NCBI RefSeq assembly: GCF_000315625.1
Contig: NW_005434603.1
Location: 62,001-126,000, forward strand
Source: Guillardia theta CCMP2712
Lineage: Eukaryota; Protista; Cryptophyta
Direction of reading: 5' to 3'
DNA: 64,000 nt
Part shown: positions 13,290 to 24,000 of the stretch, one piece after another
How the letters are laid out: each line of letters begins with the position of its first letter
Numbering within the stretch: position 1 is the first letter of the stretch
Translations under genes and position numbers: made by a program
Notes under the pieces: generated by a model
Told to the model about the DNA's origin: nothing
Databases searched by the model: none
Seen by the model: only the letters and a program-made list of their open reading frames with translations

Positions 13290-14450
13290 CGCGATGCACA
13301 TCTTGGGCGTGGTCATGCAGGAGGTATAGGCAACTGATGCAAGATCTATGACGTGCCATGGGGAAAAATTCAAATCCGAATGCTGACGAGCAATCTGCTC
13401 TGCAACCCCACCATGAGCAAGACGACAGCAGGCAGAGAGGAATGCCGTAAAGACGAGGTACAGTACGAACAACATTCGGACGATCCCTCAACACTGCATC
13501 AAAGCTTGTTCACGTTGTCGACGGGCTTTCAAAGACATCGACTTGACAACTGTACAGGATTATGCAGTGTTCACTGACGCATTGGTGCTGAAACTGTTAC
13601 ATTTTCTGCAAAACATCGGGCACGCAACGTTGGAGATAGAGGACGCGGATGATCATTGCTTGCTACAAGTAGCGGCTAGTTATCTCAAGCTGAGCCAGCA
13701 TTCCATCAACATTTCGCATGTACGAGCAAAGTTGACTCTTCTAGGTAACCTCTTTGGACAGAATGCAGAGGGCTTCAAGAATTGTTTCAAGGCTTCTTTA
13801 CTTCACCTCCTTTCACAAGGAGCAGATGCATCATGATGAAATGCATCATGATGAATTCCAGCTGCACATAGACGCGCATACGCTTCGAAGTCAAGCAAAG
13901 AATCATCGGCAAAAGCAAAAGTCATTGTGTAAGAAACCCCGACTTTGGGCAACAAAGTTCACACCATGACGCTGTTGATGAGCTACAAAAGCAAATACAA
14001 GATTATCTGTGAAGGTAACCAGCGAGGTGGAATGCGGCACCAGAGTACTGACATGCCACCATGCAGGTATGTAAGCCTGCCTGTACATGTTAGCCAAGAC
14101 CAGAACATCAATATCAAACAGCATTGGCTCTCGGGGGCCTCGCACATACAATGTGCGAAAACTTGAAGTCAATGCCATTGGAGGATAGACGTGATTTCAT
14201 CCGAAGCATTCTTGAAGAGCATGAGTCTGCTGCAGAATCCAATGGCAAAAGTCTTACTGCCAAGTGCTTTGTCACCATTTGCAAAGTTGAAAGGGCGATA
14301 GATAACTTCCTTTGTGCTGAGCTCCCCGATATAAGTTCAGATGTCGTCACTGTGAGTCAGAAAGGAGATGGCATGAAGAGCAAACCGTGACCCCCCCATC
14401 ATGCCACTCATAGTGAGCGACTGGATACAACAAGGCTTTCGAACAAAGGA
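13290..14450 (+). pseudogene. Degenerate N-terminal part of a transposase-like gene related to 54702-55858
   Basis: DFIRSILEEHES..TICKVERAIDNFLCAELPDISSDVV..IMPLIVSDWIQ aligns by eye with DMIRRILSEHDS..AICKFENAVSNLHAAGLPDILSELV..IMPYLVMDWCQ; several stops and frameshifts. Confidence 0.55.
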
Positions 14451-14454
14451 CGCT

Positions 14455-14940
14455 TGAGACGCATACCGGAACGCACCCGCGATGATGGCAGCGAAGGACA
14501 GGGAGGCCTTGAGCTGGAGACCATCCAGCGCTGCCGTTTCCTTGTTCGCCGAGCGATCCGCCAGCCACCACAGAAAGCGCAACGCATCATCCTGCAAGAG
14601 TCCATCAGTGCTGGCGATGATGGGAAGAAAGGCCTTTGGCGGGACGTGCTGACTCAGTGAGCATATGCATTACGATACCCTCGGATCTTCCTCTGAGCTG
14701 CTGCTCCGAGCGAGTCCGGTATCCCATCACCCATGTTGGGAAACGTTCTGCCTGGTGCTGGGAACGCCTGGTACGTAACGAGCTGCGGTGCCTGCGGAGA
14801 AGATCGGATGGTCACCGGGTGGCATTCATCGCAGTGTGGCGGGAGGTCAACCGGCAATCCATGAAGACACGTGTCAGCGACAGCCACCAAGCTGATGAGC
14901 TGCTGCTCAAAGATCCCAAGGTTTGTACTTTCCATGATTG
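14455..14940 (-). mobile_element. Non-LTR retrotransposon relic (CRE-like restriction-like endonuclease C-terminus)
   Basis: AAAQRKIRGYRNAYA/QHVPPKAFLPIIASTDGLLQDDALRFLWWLAD; homologous to 61200-61840. Confidence 0.65.
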
Positions 14941-15806
14941 AGTGCCAAATCGTGCGCTGAGGGGTAAACTTAGACAGAAGGTCATCAACCGGGTGGCCTG
15001 GTACTCGAAGTGGGTAGAGAAGCTGCAGTGGTGTGCCAGCAAAGATCTCTGGCGCTCAGAAAGGTTAGCCCGAATACGACTGAGAGTTTGAAGGGATTTT
15101 CTGCATCATGATTACGATGACATCGTTCCCTCTCCGTTGCATGTCAGCTAGACCTTGAATGTTTGTATCAGTAGTATTGGGAGATGAAATTCTCAAGTCC
15201 ATCCGAATAAGTATAGCTTGATTGCTCAAACGTTTCTGCACATCTCGATGAGCTTCACGACGACAGCATTGGGGCAGCTTCAACATGCCACCACATCCGG
15301 CGGCTGTTCAAGTCTCAGATCATTGAAATACACATGTGTTACTGGGCCCGGGGCTAGATGATGCACTGTAAACCGGGGCCTTGCCAAACTACTACTAGGC
15401 GATTTGCCAAGAACAAGAGCTCTCTTGGCTTAAGAAATATGTCACTTTGTATTCACGGTTCTGTGAAATTAATAGATGGTTGCCTGGACGACAAGCTGCA
15501 ATCTGTCGACGGGGTTCACACATTTACCGTGACTCAGGACGGGGCTAGTACTGAATTTGACTATTTGACTACCGTGAGATGATAATGTACGACTCACACA
15601 CTTGGAGAATACAAGAAACTTCTCGGAGCTGAAACATGCACAGCTGTAGTTCTGCAGCTCGTTAGAAACGGAGTGAAAATCAGGCTCAGGGCTAACTTAT
15701 CACTCAACCTTGAGAGGCTGCTCCATATCACTGAGAGTCGTTAGTGCCTGGACCACATGATGTGTCAGGAGCGGACTGGCAGTGCCACAAGCGGCCTGAC
15801 CATGTG

Positions 15807-17416
15807 CTATCGGATGATCGAGATAAGGGCAGGCGCCGCCTCAGTGCCAACGACTGTGTCTTGAGGTCCGCCGGTGTTTGACGAGTCTGAAAATGATTTG
15901 CCGTGTAGAAACTCCAAGACCTGGGGACTCTCGATCAGCCTCTTTACGCAAAGTCTTGACTGCTCTACCTGCTTCTTAAACTGCCCTTGTCCATTTACAA
16001 GCCCTTGTATGCAGAGCTTCAGCTCTTGCATCTGCTGATCTTGACCATTTGCAAGCTCTGCCATTTGCTTTTTCATTTCAATCTTCATCTGTTCTTGATC
16101 AATCTTCATCTGTTCTTGACCATTTGCAAGCTCTGCCATTTGCTTTTTCATTTCAATCTTCATCTCATCTTCACCATTTGCAAGCTCTTCTATTTGCTTT
16201 GGCAAGCCATCTGTTCTTGCGTTTCAAGGATCTGATGGTTCTGAGATTGACCCTCCTTGAGTCTTTCTATCGAGCTGTAGATGTTAGGCATCGGAACGTG
16301 CAAAAGGAAAGTCGGTATGCTTGAGTTGATCATATTCTTTGCTAGGTCAGGAGTGTTTGCCACTCCCTTGAGGAAATTTCTGGCTTTTTCCGCAGCTATT
16401 GGAAACTCTTCTCTGTCACTGTCGACTATGATGCCCATAGCAGCGATCCGAGAGGATTTCCCGATGAAGCCTGAGTCCTTCAGTACCACGTATAGTCGAG
16501 AAAGCTGGTAGATCTTTTCCGGGATTTTGCTTGTCGATTCAGTGATCTCGAAGCAGATGTAATCTCCGCTCTTGACAAACACGTTCTTGAAAGACTCGTT
16601 GCTGTGATGGAGCGGCCACATCGATTGAACATCCGATCATCCTCTGAGGTTTTGGAACATATGACTGAGGTAAAGATCCTTGTCGAAAGAGAGGCAGAGG
16701 TCTGCCTGATAGGGATCCCCAGCCTTGTGCTCTGACTTGGCGATGGCTTTGAAGCGGACTTTTCCCCGGGCCTTGATCAATTCGGACGGTACGAGGCCTG
16801 TGAGACGGTTGAGCTGGTCGATGCTCTCGTGGGAGGAGAACCCGCTCAGGCTCAGGCTCAGCCAGGTGACGAGCACTCCTGACGGAGAGAAACAGTCGCC
16901 CGCGCCTGCAGCCAGGCGTTGCTTCCGGGAAGTGAGAGAGCACAGTCGACTTGAAGACATGGCGAGAGCCCGGCCGTAGTCACGTGCATAGTATGGACAC
17001 AAAGACATCGCTGCTCCCTTGATCCTCCTCATGCTCTCCTTGCCAGTACTGCACTTGTACCGGTCCTTGCTCTGCTCCTTGCTGCACTTGTACCGGTCCT
17101 TGCTCTGCTCCTTGCTGCGCTTGTACCGGGACTTGTTGTACTCAGCCAGTGAAGTTTCTTCTTGTACCTGTTGATCTTGTACTTCTTCTTCGTCACTTTC
17201 ATGTGCTTCTAGTTCATTCTCATTCTTTCCTTGCGGATTTGTACTTGATTGCATTTCTTGTACTTCTTCTTGTACTTCTTCTTGTTCCTGTCCTTCTTGT
17301 TGATCTTGCATTTCTTCTTCTACTTCTTCTTGTTCCTCTACTTGTTGGTGATCCTGTTCTAAGCTCCCTCCTCTCTCGTCAGTCTGCATTTCCGAGGTTG
17401 CTGTGGTTTTTGCCAC
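15807..17416 (-). pseudogene. Putative PD-(D/E)XK-like nuclease with acidic N-terminus and C-terminal coiled coil; disrupted
   Basis: YQADLCL..FEITES..EKIYQLSR..AAMGIIVD..IPTFLLHVPMPNIYSSI followed by heptad repeats. In-frame TGA at 16637-16639 and a frameshift near 16205. Paralog at 59590-60923. Confidence 0.55.
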
Positions 17417-17570
17417 AAACTTGGGGGAATAGGCGGGAAAACCTGAGGCAACAACTGAGGCAACGTTGAATCATTCAATCATGTCATTCAATAATGGCCT
17501 TGGGTACGAGCGGGTACGAGGGCAAACAGCTGGTGCATGAGGGGGATGAAGTGGATTAAAATAGACCAGG

Positions 17571-18839
17571 ATGTCGAGCAAAAGGAGGAGGCTGGAGGGA
17601 TCAGACACGAAGACAGAAGGGAGGCAAGCGGACGAAACAGACGGAGGAGGGAGGGAGACCAAACGAATACGAAGGAAGCTATGCGAGCAAGGGCGGCAGC
17701 GATCGCAATGCAAGCAATGCGGGGGCAGCAGCATATGCGAGCACGGGCGGGTCCGATCGGGCTGCAAGGACTGCGGGGGCAGCAGCATATGCGAGCACGG
17801 GCGGCAGCGATCGGGCTGCAAGGGATGCGGGGGAGGAAGCATATGCGAGCACGGGCGGGTCCGATCGGGCTGCAAGGATTGCGGGGGCGGCAGCATATGC
17901 AAGCACGGGCGGCAGCGATCGGGATGCAAGGGATGCGGGGGCAGCAGCATATGCGAGCACGGGCGGCGGCGATCGGTCTGCAAAGACTGCGGGGGCAGCA
18001 GCATATGCGAGCACGGGCGGCGGCGATCGAGATGCAAGGAGTGCGGGGGCAGCAGCATATGCGAGCACGGGCGGGTCCGATCGGTCTGCAAGGGATGCGG
18101 GGGCAGCAGCATATGCGAGCACGGGCGGCAGCGATCGGTCTGCAAAGACTGCGGGGGCAGCAGCATATGCGAGCACGGGCGGGTCCGATCGGGATGCAAG
18201 GGATGCGGGGGCAGCAGCATATGCGAGCACGGGCGGCGGCGATCGGGCTGCAAGGGATGCGGGGGCAGCAGCATATGCGAGCATGGGCGGGTCCGATCGA
18301 GATGCAAGGAGTGCGGGGGCAGCAGCATATGCGAGCATGGGCGGGTCCGATCGAGATGCAAGGGATGCGGGGGCAGCAGCATATGCGAGCATGGGCGGGT
18401 CCGATCGGTCTGCAAGGAATGTGGGGGCAGCAGCATATGCGAGCACGGGCGGGTCCGATCGCAATGCAAGCAATGCGGGGGCAGCAGCATATGCGAGCAT
18501 GGGCGGGTCCGATCGGTCTGCCAGGGATGCGGGGGAGGGAGCATATGCGAGCACGGGCGGCGGCGATCGGTCTGCCAGGGATGCGGGGGCGGCAGCATAT
18601 GCGAGCACGGGCGGGTCCGATCGGGATGCAAGGAGTGCGGGGGAGGAAGCATATGCGAGCACGGGCGGCAGCGATCGGTCTGCAAGGGATGCGGGGGCAG
18701 CAGCATATGCGAGCACGGGCGGCGGCGATCGGTCTGCAAGAAGTGCGGGGGCAGCAGCATATGCGAGCACGGGCGGCAGCGATCGGTCTGCAAGGAGTGC
18801 GGGGGAGGGAGCAGCAGGTACAAGCAGGGGAGGAAGTGA
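17571..18839 (+). CDS. Intronless zinc-binding repeat protein: basic NLS-like leader plus 21 x CEHGRxRSxCKxCGGxSI
   Basis: Open 422-aa ORF: 37-aa leader (KRRR, KRIRRK), 21 x 18 aa, 7-aa tail. C-x-H-x6-C-x2-C in every unit except unit 1, which has Q in place of H. Confidence 0.85.
   Translation: MSSKRRRLEGSDTKTEGRQADETDGGGRETKRIRRKLCEQGRQRSQCKQCGGSSICEHGRVRSGCKDCGGSSICEHGRQRSGCKGCGGGSICEHGRVRSGCKDCGGGSICKHGRQRSGCKGCGGSSICEHGRRRSVCKDCGGSSICEHGRRRSRCKECGGSSICEHGRVRSVCKGCGGSSICEHGRQRSVCKDCGGSSICEHGRVRSGCKGCGGSSICEHGRRRSGCKGCGGSSICEHGRVRSRCKECGGSSICEHGRVRSRCKGCGGSSICEHGRVRSVCKECGGSSICEHGRVRSQCKQCGGSSICEHGRVRSVCQGCGGGSICEHGRRRSVCQGCGGGSICEHGRVRSGCKECGGGSICEHGRQRSVCKGCGGSSICEHGRRRSVCKKCGGSSICEHGRQRSVCKECGGGSSRYKQGRK
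17682..18815 (+). repeat. 54-bp coding minisatellite, 21 copies
   Basis: Contiguous 54-bp units without indels. Confidence 0.97.
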
Positions 18840-19584
18840 TCAGGTGCGGACGTGAAGTTGCTGTGTAGCAGGATGAATGGCTTGCAGGATGAGGAGGGCG
18901 GGGGTCGTCGGGACTCATCGCGGGTAGGAGGGCCGGCATTGAGGCGCAGGGGTTTGACCTCAAACACTTGAATGGTAACAGAATAACGAGAAGGGAGTAA
19001 TAGACTAGGAATAGACTTGTACGGTATGACAGTCATGCAGACATCAACACTGAGCTGACCTTGAGGATAAGATAGCCTCAGTCCCTCGAGACTGAGCTGA
19101 ACGGTCACGACACTTGAAAGCCTCGGGAGTAGAGGCCCGGAGCATGAAGGTCTCACTGCGAGAGTCACGTAGATCCTTGTTTTTGTGCCGGAACCGGAAT
19201 GAGGAACTTCACTGAGTCAGTCAAGAGCCTCATCATCGCACAACTAGGAAACACTCAGATCCTACCACACGAGCGACGGCGGTCATGCACGACAAGCAGG
19301 GGAACAACTTGAAGGATCAGGCAAACTTTGAAGAGCAGTAGCCTGTACAGTAGTAGTTGTATTGACTGAAAAAGGAAAGGCAAACCGGAGCAAAGTAGTA
19401 GTATGTAACTGCGGGCCAACCCTTTTGTGGAGTTCAACTTGGCAAGCTGTTGGCAAGTTCAAGTAATTGAAACTGCGCCAGACGAGGGGCTGGACTGGCA
19501 GTGAATGAGAGGGGATGAGGGTTGAAATTTGTTGAACAATGGCAGGCAGGAGGGTATGGCGGGAGGGCAGGAGAGCGTGAGGGG

Positions 19585-20913
19585 ATGCGAGGGAGTGGGC
19601 TGTTGACCATGGCGAAGTCTTTATGTGGACATGCTAGAGCAAGCTTGCTTGCTGCCATCCTCCTTCTCTTCCTCGTCTTGCCTTCCGCTCCTACAGCAGT
19701 TCCGTCTGCGGTCTCCGTTTGTCGGCACATGGAGACAGTGACAGTGTCCTCTCGGGCAGTGAAGGTCTCGACCTGGACAGAGAAGGGAAATGTAGGAGAG
19801 AGGAAGGGGCTGGGGAGAGGCGAACGGCTCAGGGGAGGGAGCCAGGGGCTGTATCAGCCCTCGAATGCTGAGCGATGGATACAAGCTGGGTATGACCTCA
19901 CCCCTGACCTCAGCCCCGAGAACTTCCAGGAGGTCCCGCTGGACGTGAAGCTAGGAGACGCTGCCGAGTACGGGGATGCTGAAGCTGTGAAGAAGCTCCT
20001 TCAGGAATGCTGAGAGTTTCCACAACACTTCCCTTCCACCTTCCCCGTCCCTTCACTCCTCCTATCCGCAGTCCCCGCCCCCCTCCAGTTGCTCCTTTTC
20101 GCCTTACCCGTTCTCTCCCTCCCCCTCTTCTGCATTCGCCCCTCCTACCTTCCTTTACACCGCACTGTATCCTTGTCGTCCCAACGTTCATCTCCCTATG
20201 GCTCCCGCTAACCTCCACAGCAGGCTGGAGCCAACGTGAACCAGGTGGACTTTGCCGGGTTCTCTGCGCTGCATAGGGCGGCATTCCAAGGGAAACTTAA
20301 AGTAGTGGAGCTGCTGATTCAGGCAGGAGCGAACGTGAACCTGCAGGAGTCAGGAGGACGCACGCCTCTGCATCAGGCTGCCGGTAGGGAGGAGGAGAAC
20401 TCGTGGCCCTCGTGCTGAACAGCTGCTGAGCAGCGCAGGGGCATCTAGACGTAGTGGAAAAGCTGATCCAATGTGGAGCTGATGCCAAGATCAAAGACTT
20501 TCCCATGCCGATCGATGTACCTGCTCCTCCTCCTGCTCCTGCTCCTGCTCCTACCCCTCCCCTGCCCGCTCCGTTCCTGACCTGACTATGCCCCAGCTCG
20601 ACGCCATCCCTGGAGCCCGCGAGGCCATCGCAGAGCTGCCTCCATGTGAGCGTCCTCTCCCTGCGTCAACTTGCTGTTGATCCCTCCCCTCGCTCATGCT
20701 CCGTGTGCAGGGATGGAAGATGCTGGGCCGGACAAGCTTCCGCTGTATGAAGGAGGGACGGCATTTGACTATGCGACTGTAAGATGGAGGAGGAGAGGAG
20801 GAAGAAGGAGGAAGAGGAGGAGGAAAGGGGGAGGAAGGGATTTAACCGTCCTGCAGTACGAAGGTTACGATGACGTGGCTGAGTATCTTCGAATGTGGAC
20901 CTTCGTTTACTAG
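19585..20913 (+). CDS. Ankyrin-repeat protein with signal-peptide-like N-terminus and RLRGG motif, multi-exon
   Basis: LLAAILLLFLVLPSA; ERLRGG; DAAEYGDAEAVKKLLQ|AGANVNQVDFAGFSALHRAAFQGKLKVVELLIQAGANVNLQESGGRTPLHQAA|AQGHLDVVEKLIQCGADAKIKD..GGTAFDYAT|YEGYDDVAEYLR. Confidence 0.8.
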
Positions 20914-21088
20914 AGCCCGTGGCGATCACTGCTACCCATCCCATCCCGCCTTCCTCCCATCCTCCTCCTCGTTCTCCTGCTCCTTCTCCTCTTTCCGTTC
21001 TTCTTTTGTCTAGCTATCATGGTCAACCTTTTCCTTCTCATTCTAATATGACGTTTTCTCCTGCTCACGCTCCCGCTCCCGCTCCTAC

Positions 21089-24000
21089 TCATCTCATAGA
21101 GCGTCTGATCTGGTAGAAGTGTAGCGGACCCACGCCAGGACTCTCTGCCTCTCCGAGCCGCTCCTGAAGAAGCATGAATTCAAACGACAGCATGAGTCAG
21201 GAGAAGAGCAAAACAGACAGTGAAGAAAGATGAAGAAAATTCATGTGGGGAGGAGAGGTAGTGTAGAGAGGAGGAGCGATAGTGTGGAGCAGAGGAGGAG
21301 AGGTAGTCTAGAGAGGTTCACCTGACGAGGGTAGTATAAGTCCGTGTCAAAGGCGCAGAGCTTGGCCGCTTCCTCGTTCTCCAGGGCTCGTTTCTGTCGG
21401 GGGTACTGGAGGGGAACGTGAGGGCCAGGACGCAGAAGGAGGAGGCGAGAAATGAAGAGGAGTGGCGAAGGAGACTGAAGTTTGAGCGAGAGGACGTGGG
21501 GCAAGGCACGAGCGGGGTGGTATGGGGGGAAGGAAGGAAAAGAGAAGGAAAGGCGGGATTGGGGTGGGGTGGAGGAGGAGACAGGAGGAGGACCTTTCTC
21601 CAGTACTGCTGTCCAGTAGCAAACTCGCACCTCCCGTTGCTGTTGGCGCAGGCGTCGACGAAAGGTGAGTCCATATCAGGCCAGTTGCCAACCTCCGGGT
21701 CCCTCTCGAGGTCTGGGCCGATGGTGACAAGGCGATGGCGGCGAGACGACCAGCCCCAAGAGGAGGCGTTGGTGAAGCAGAAGTCCTGACAGTACCTGCG
21801 AGGTTGATGGTGAAGAGGAGGGGGAGGACGGGAGGAGGTGAAGGAGGAGGAGATGAGTTGAGAGGTCTGCGGGTAGGAAGTGGAGGAGGGTAGGAAGGAG
21901 AGGAGGAGGAGGGAAGAGGAAGGAGACACGAAGGAGCTGAGAGGAAGAGGGAAGAGGGAAGAGGAGGAGGGGAGAGAGGGAGAAGAGGGGACGGGGCGGA
22001 AGCATACTTGGCTCCTGGGACGTGCTTCCAGCAGCACATGTACAGCCCTCTTCCCTCGAGGACTTTTCGGATCAAGTTCCCTCCTGTTACCAGGCGCTTG
22101 AAGGCCAGCGGGCGATGAGCTGGACGGGTGATGCGGTCCCTGCTGTGAAACTTGGTCTGCACGTGGGAGCGGCGCGAGTAGTCCTTCATGGGATCTACAG
22201 GACGGCCATCGAGGAAGGGACCTGGGATAGAGAGCAGAGGGCGTGAGGAGAGGAGGGGAGAGGCAGGGATGCAGGAGGAAGAATGAAGGAGGAAGAGGAG
22301 GAGAAGAGAGAGGCAGGGAGGCAGGAAGAGTGCATGAAGGGAGGGAGGAGGAAAGAAAGAGGGAGGGAGGCAGAAGGAAGGAGGGAGAAAGCAGGGAGAG
22401 CAGGGGAGATATGATAGAGGACAGGTTCCTCCCTCCTCTCACCTGCGTCCACGTCCTCCACGTAGTTGTCAGTGACGTCTTTCTCATCCGCCAGAGGTTC
22501 TCCCCTGCTCCTCCTGCAGAGGTTCCGACAACCTGCGCCTCGCATTGAGATGCTGGAGCAGGAAGAAGTCGAAATGCGGGTAGCGGGAGGGGGACGAGGC
22601 AGCGGAGGAGGTGGGAGAAAACAAGTCGTCGACGACGACGATGAATAAGAAAAAGAAGATTGAGGAGGAGGAGGAGGAGGAGGAGGAGGAGGAGGAGGAG
22701 GAGGAGGAGGAGGAGATGATGGTGGTGGTGATAATGATGATGATGAGGCCCGAAAAGCAAGAAGGGGGAAATGAAGGAAGTGATGAGTGAAAGTGAGTGA
22801 GAAAGGAAGCAAGTGAGGGAGTAGGTGAGTGACGGGAGGGAGAGAGGGAGGGGGCAAGGAAGGAAGGGAGAGTGAGTAGGGGAGGGAAGAAACATCGTCA
22901 CCTGCCCCCCCAGCAAGCGGAGCAACGCGAAGATGGTCGCGCCTGTGCGAATATCGTAGGACTCGATGCTTCTTCCTTCATCCACCAGGTCTCTTCCTCC
23001 ATAGCAAAGTCGCATTTCTGCTAAGTTGGAGGAGGAGGAGGAGGAGGAGGAGGAGGAAGGAGTCTGGCTGTCCTACTCAATTCGTCATATGTGAGACCAC
23101 TTCTCATCGTTTCTTCATACATTCTTTTTGCTCCTCCTCTTCATGCTCTGCCTTGCCTGTGCTCCTCCTGTCTGATGCTCGAGATCGCGCAAAGCTGCGA
23201 ATCACTTGAGGAGGAAGAGGAGGAGGAGGAGGAGGAGGAAGAGGAGAAAGAAGAAGAAAGGAGGAAGAGGAGGAAGAAGAAGAGGAGGAAGAAGAAAGGA
23301 GGAGGAGGAGGAGGCAAGAAAGAGGGGGGGGGCGGGAAGAGGAGGAGGAGGAGGTGGAGTTGGAGTTGCGAAGGGTTCTCTACCTCTCTTCAGCTGAGCG
23401 ATGGAGGACTGCGAGTGAAAACCGGAGAGGCAGACTGTGTTTCCCAGAGGGAGCTTGACGAACAGCTGGATCAAATCTTCCTCCTCCTCCTCCTNNNNNN
23501 NNNNNNNNNNNNNNNNNNNNNNNNNNNNNNNNNNNNNNNNNNNNNNNNNNNNNNNNNNNNNNNNNNNNNNNNNNNNNNNNNNNNNNNNNNNNNNGGGGAC
23601 TGCACGCAGACCGGCTCGGATGCAGTCCCAGGCCAAGCTACACTCATCAGCCTTCCAGCGGAACCGCGACATCTCCCGCTCACCCCAATACCCCACCTCC
23701 TCATCCATCGCTCCATGCCGCACGAGCTCCGCCTCCACCTCCTTCTCCTCCTCCTCCTCCTTCTCCTCCTCCTTGCCTCCGTCATGCTCGCATCCCCTGT
23801 GCGACTCCTGGTGTCCGCAGCAATCATGGGGGTGACAACCTTGCTTTTCCTTGCCTCCTGCTTCTCTCTTCCTCCCGCATCGCCACTTTGGGGTGTCGAG
23901 GCCCTCGGGAACGCCTGCTCTCCTCCCCTCCCGCACCCGAGGGGGCATTTCTACTCCCACCTTCACGCCTTCCGCCGACCCGAAGGAGAAGGCGAAGGAG

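Noticed and set aside
16637-16639. Selenocysteine or readthrough at the in-frame TGA
   Set aside because: Not at a conserved Cys position in the paralog, and a separate frameshift follows; treated as pseudogenisation.
17682-18815. CRISPR-like array
   Set aside because: Units are contiguous with no unique spacers, they encode an in-frame protein repeat, and the context is eukaryotic with no cas genes.
17471-19168. Long ORFs in other frames and strands over the 54-bp array
   Set aside because: A by-product of a stop-free repeat unit; only the Cys/His frame has a coherent motif and leader.
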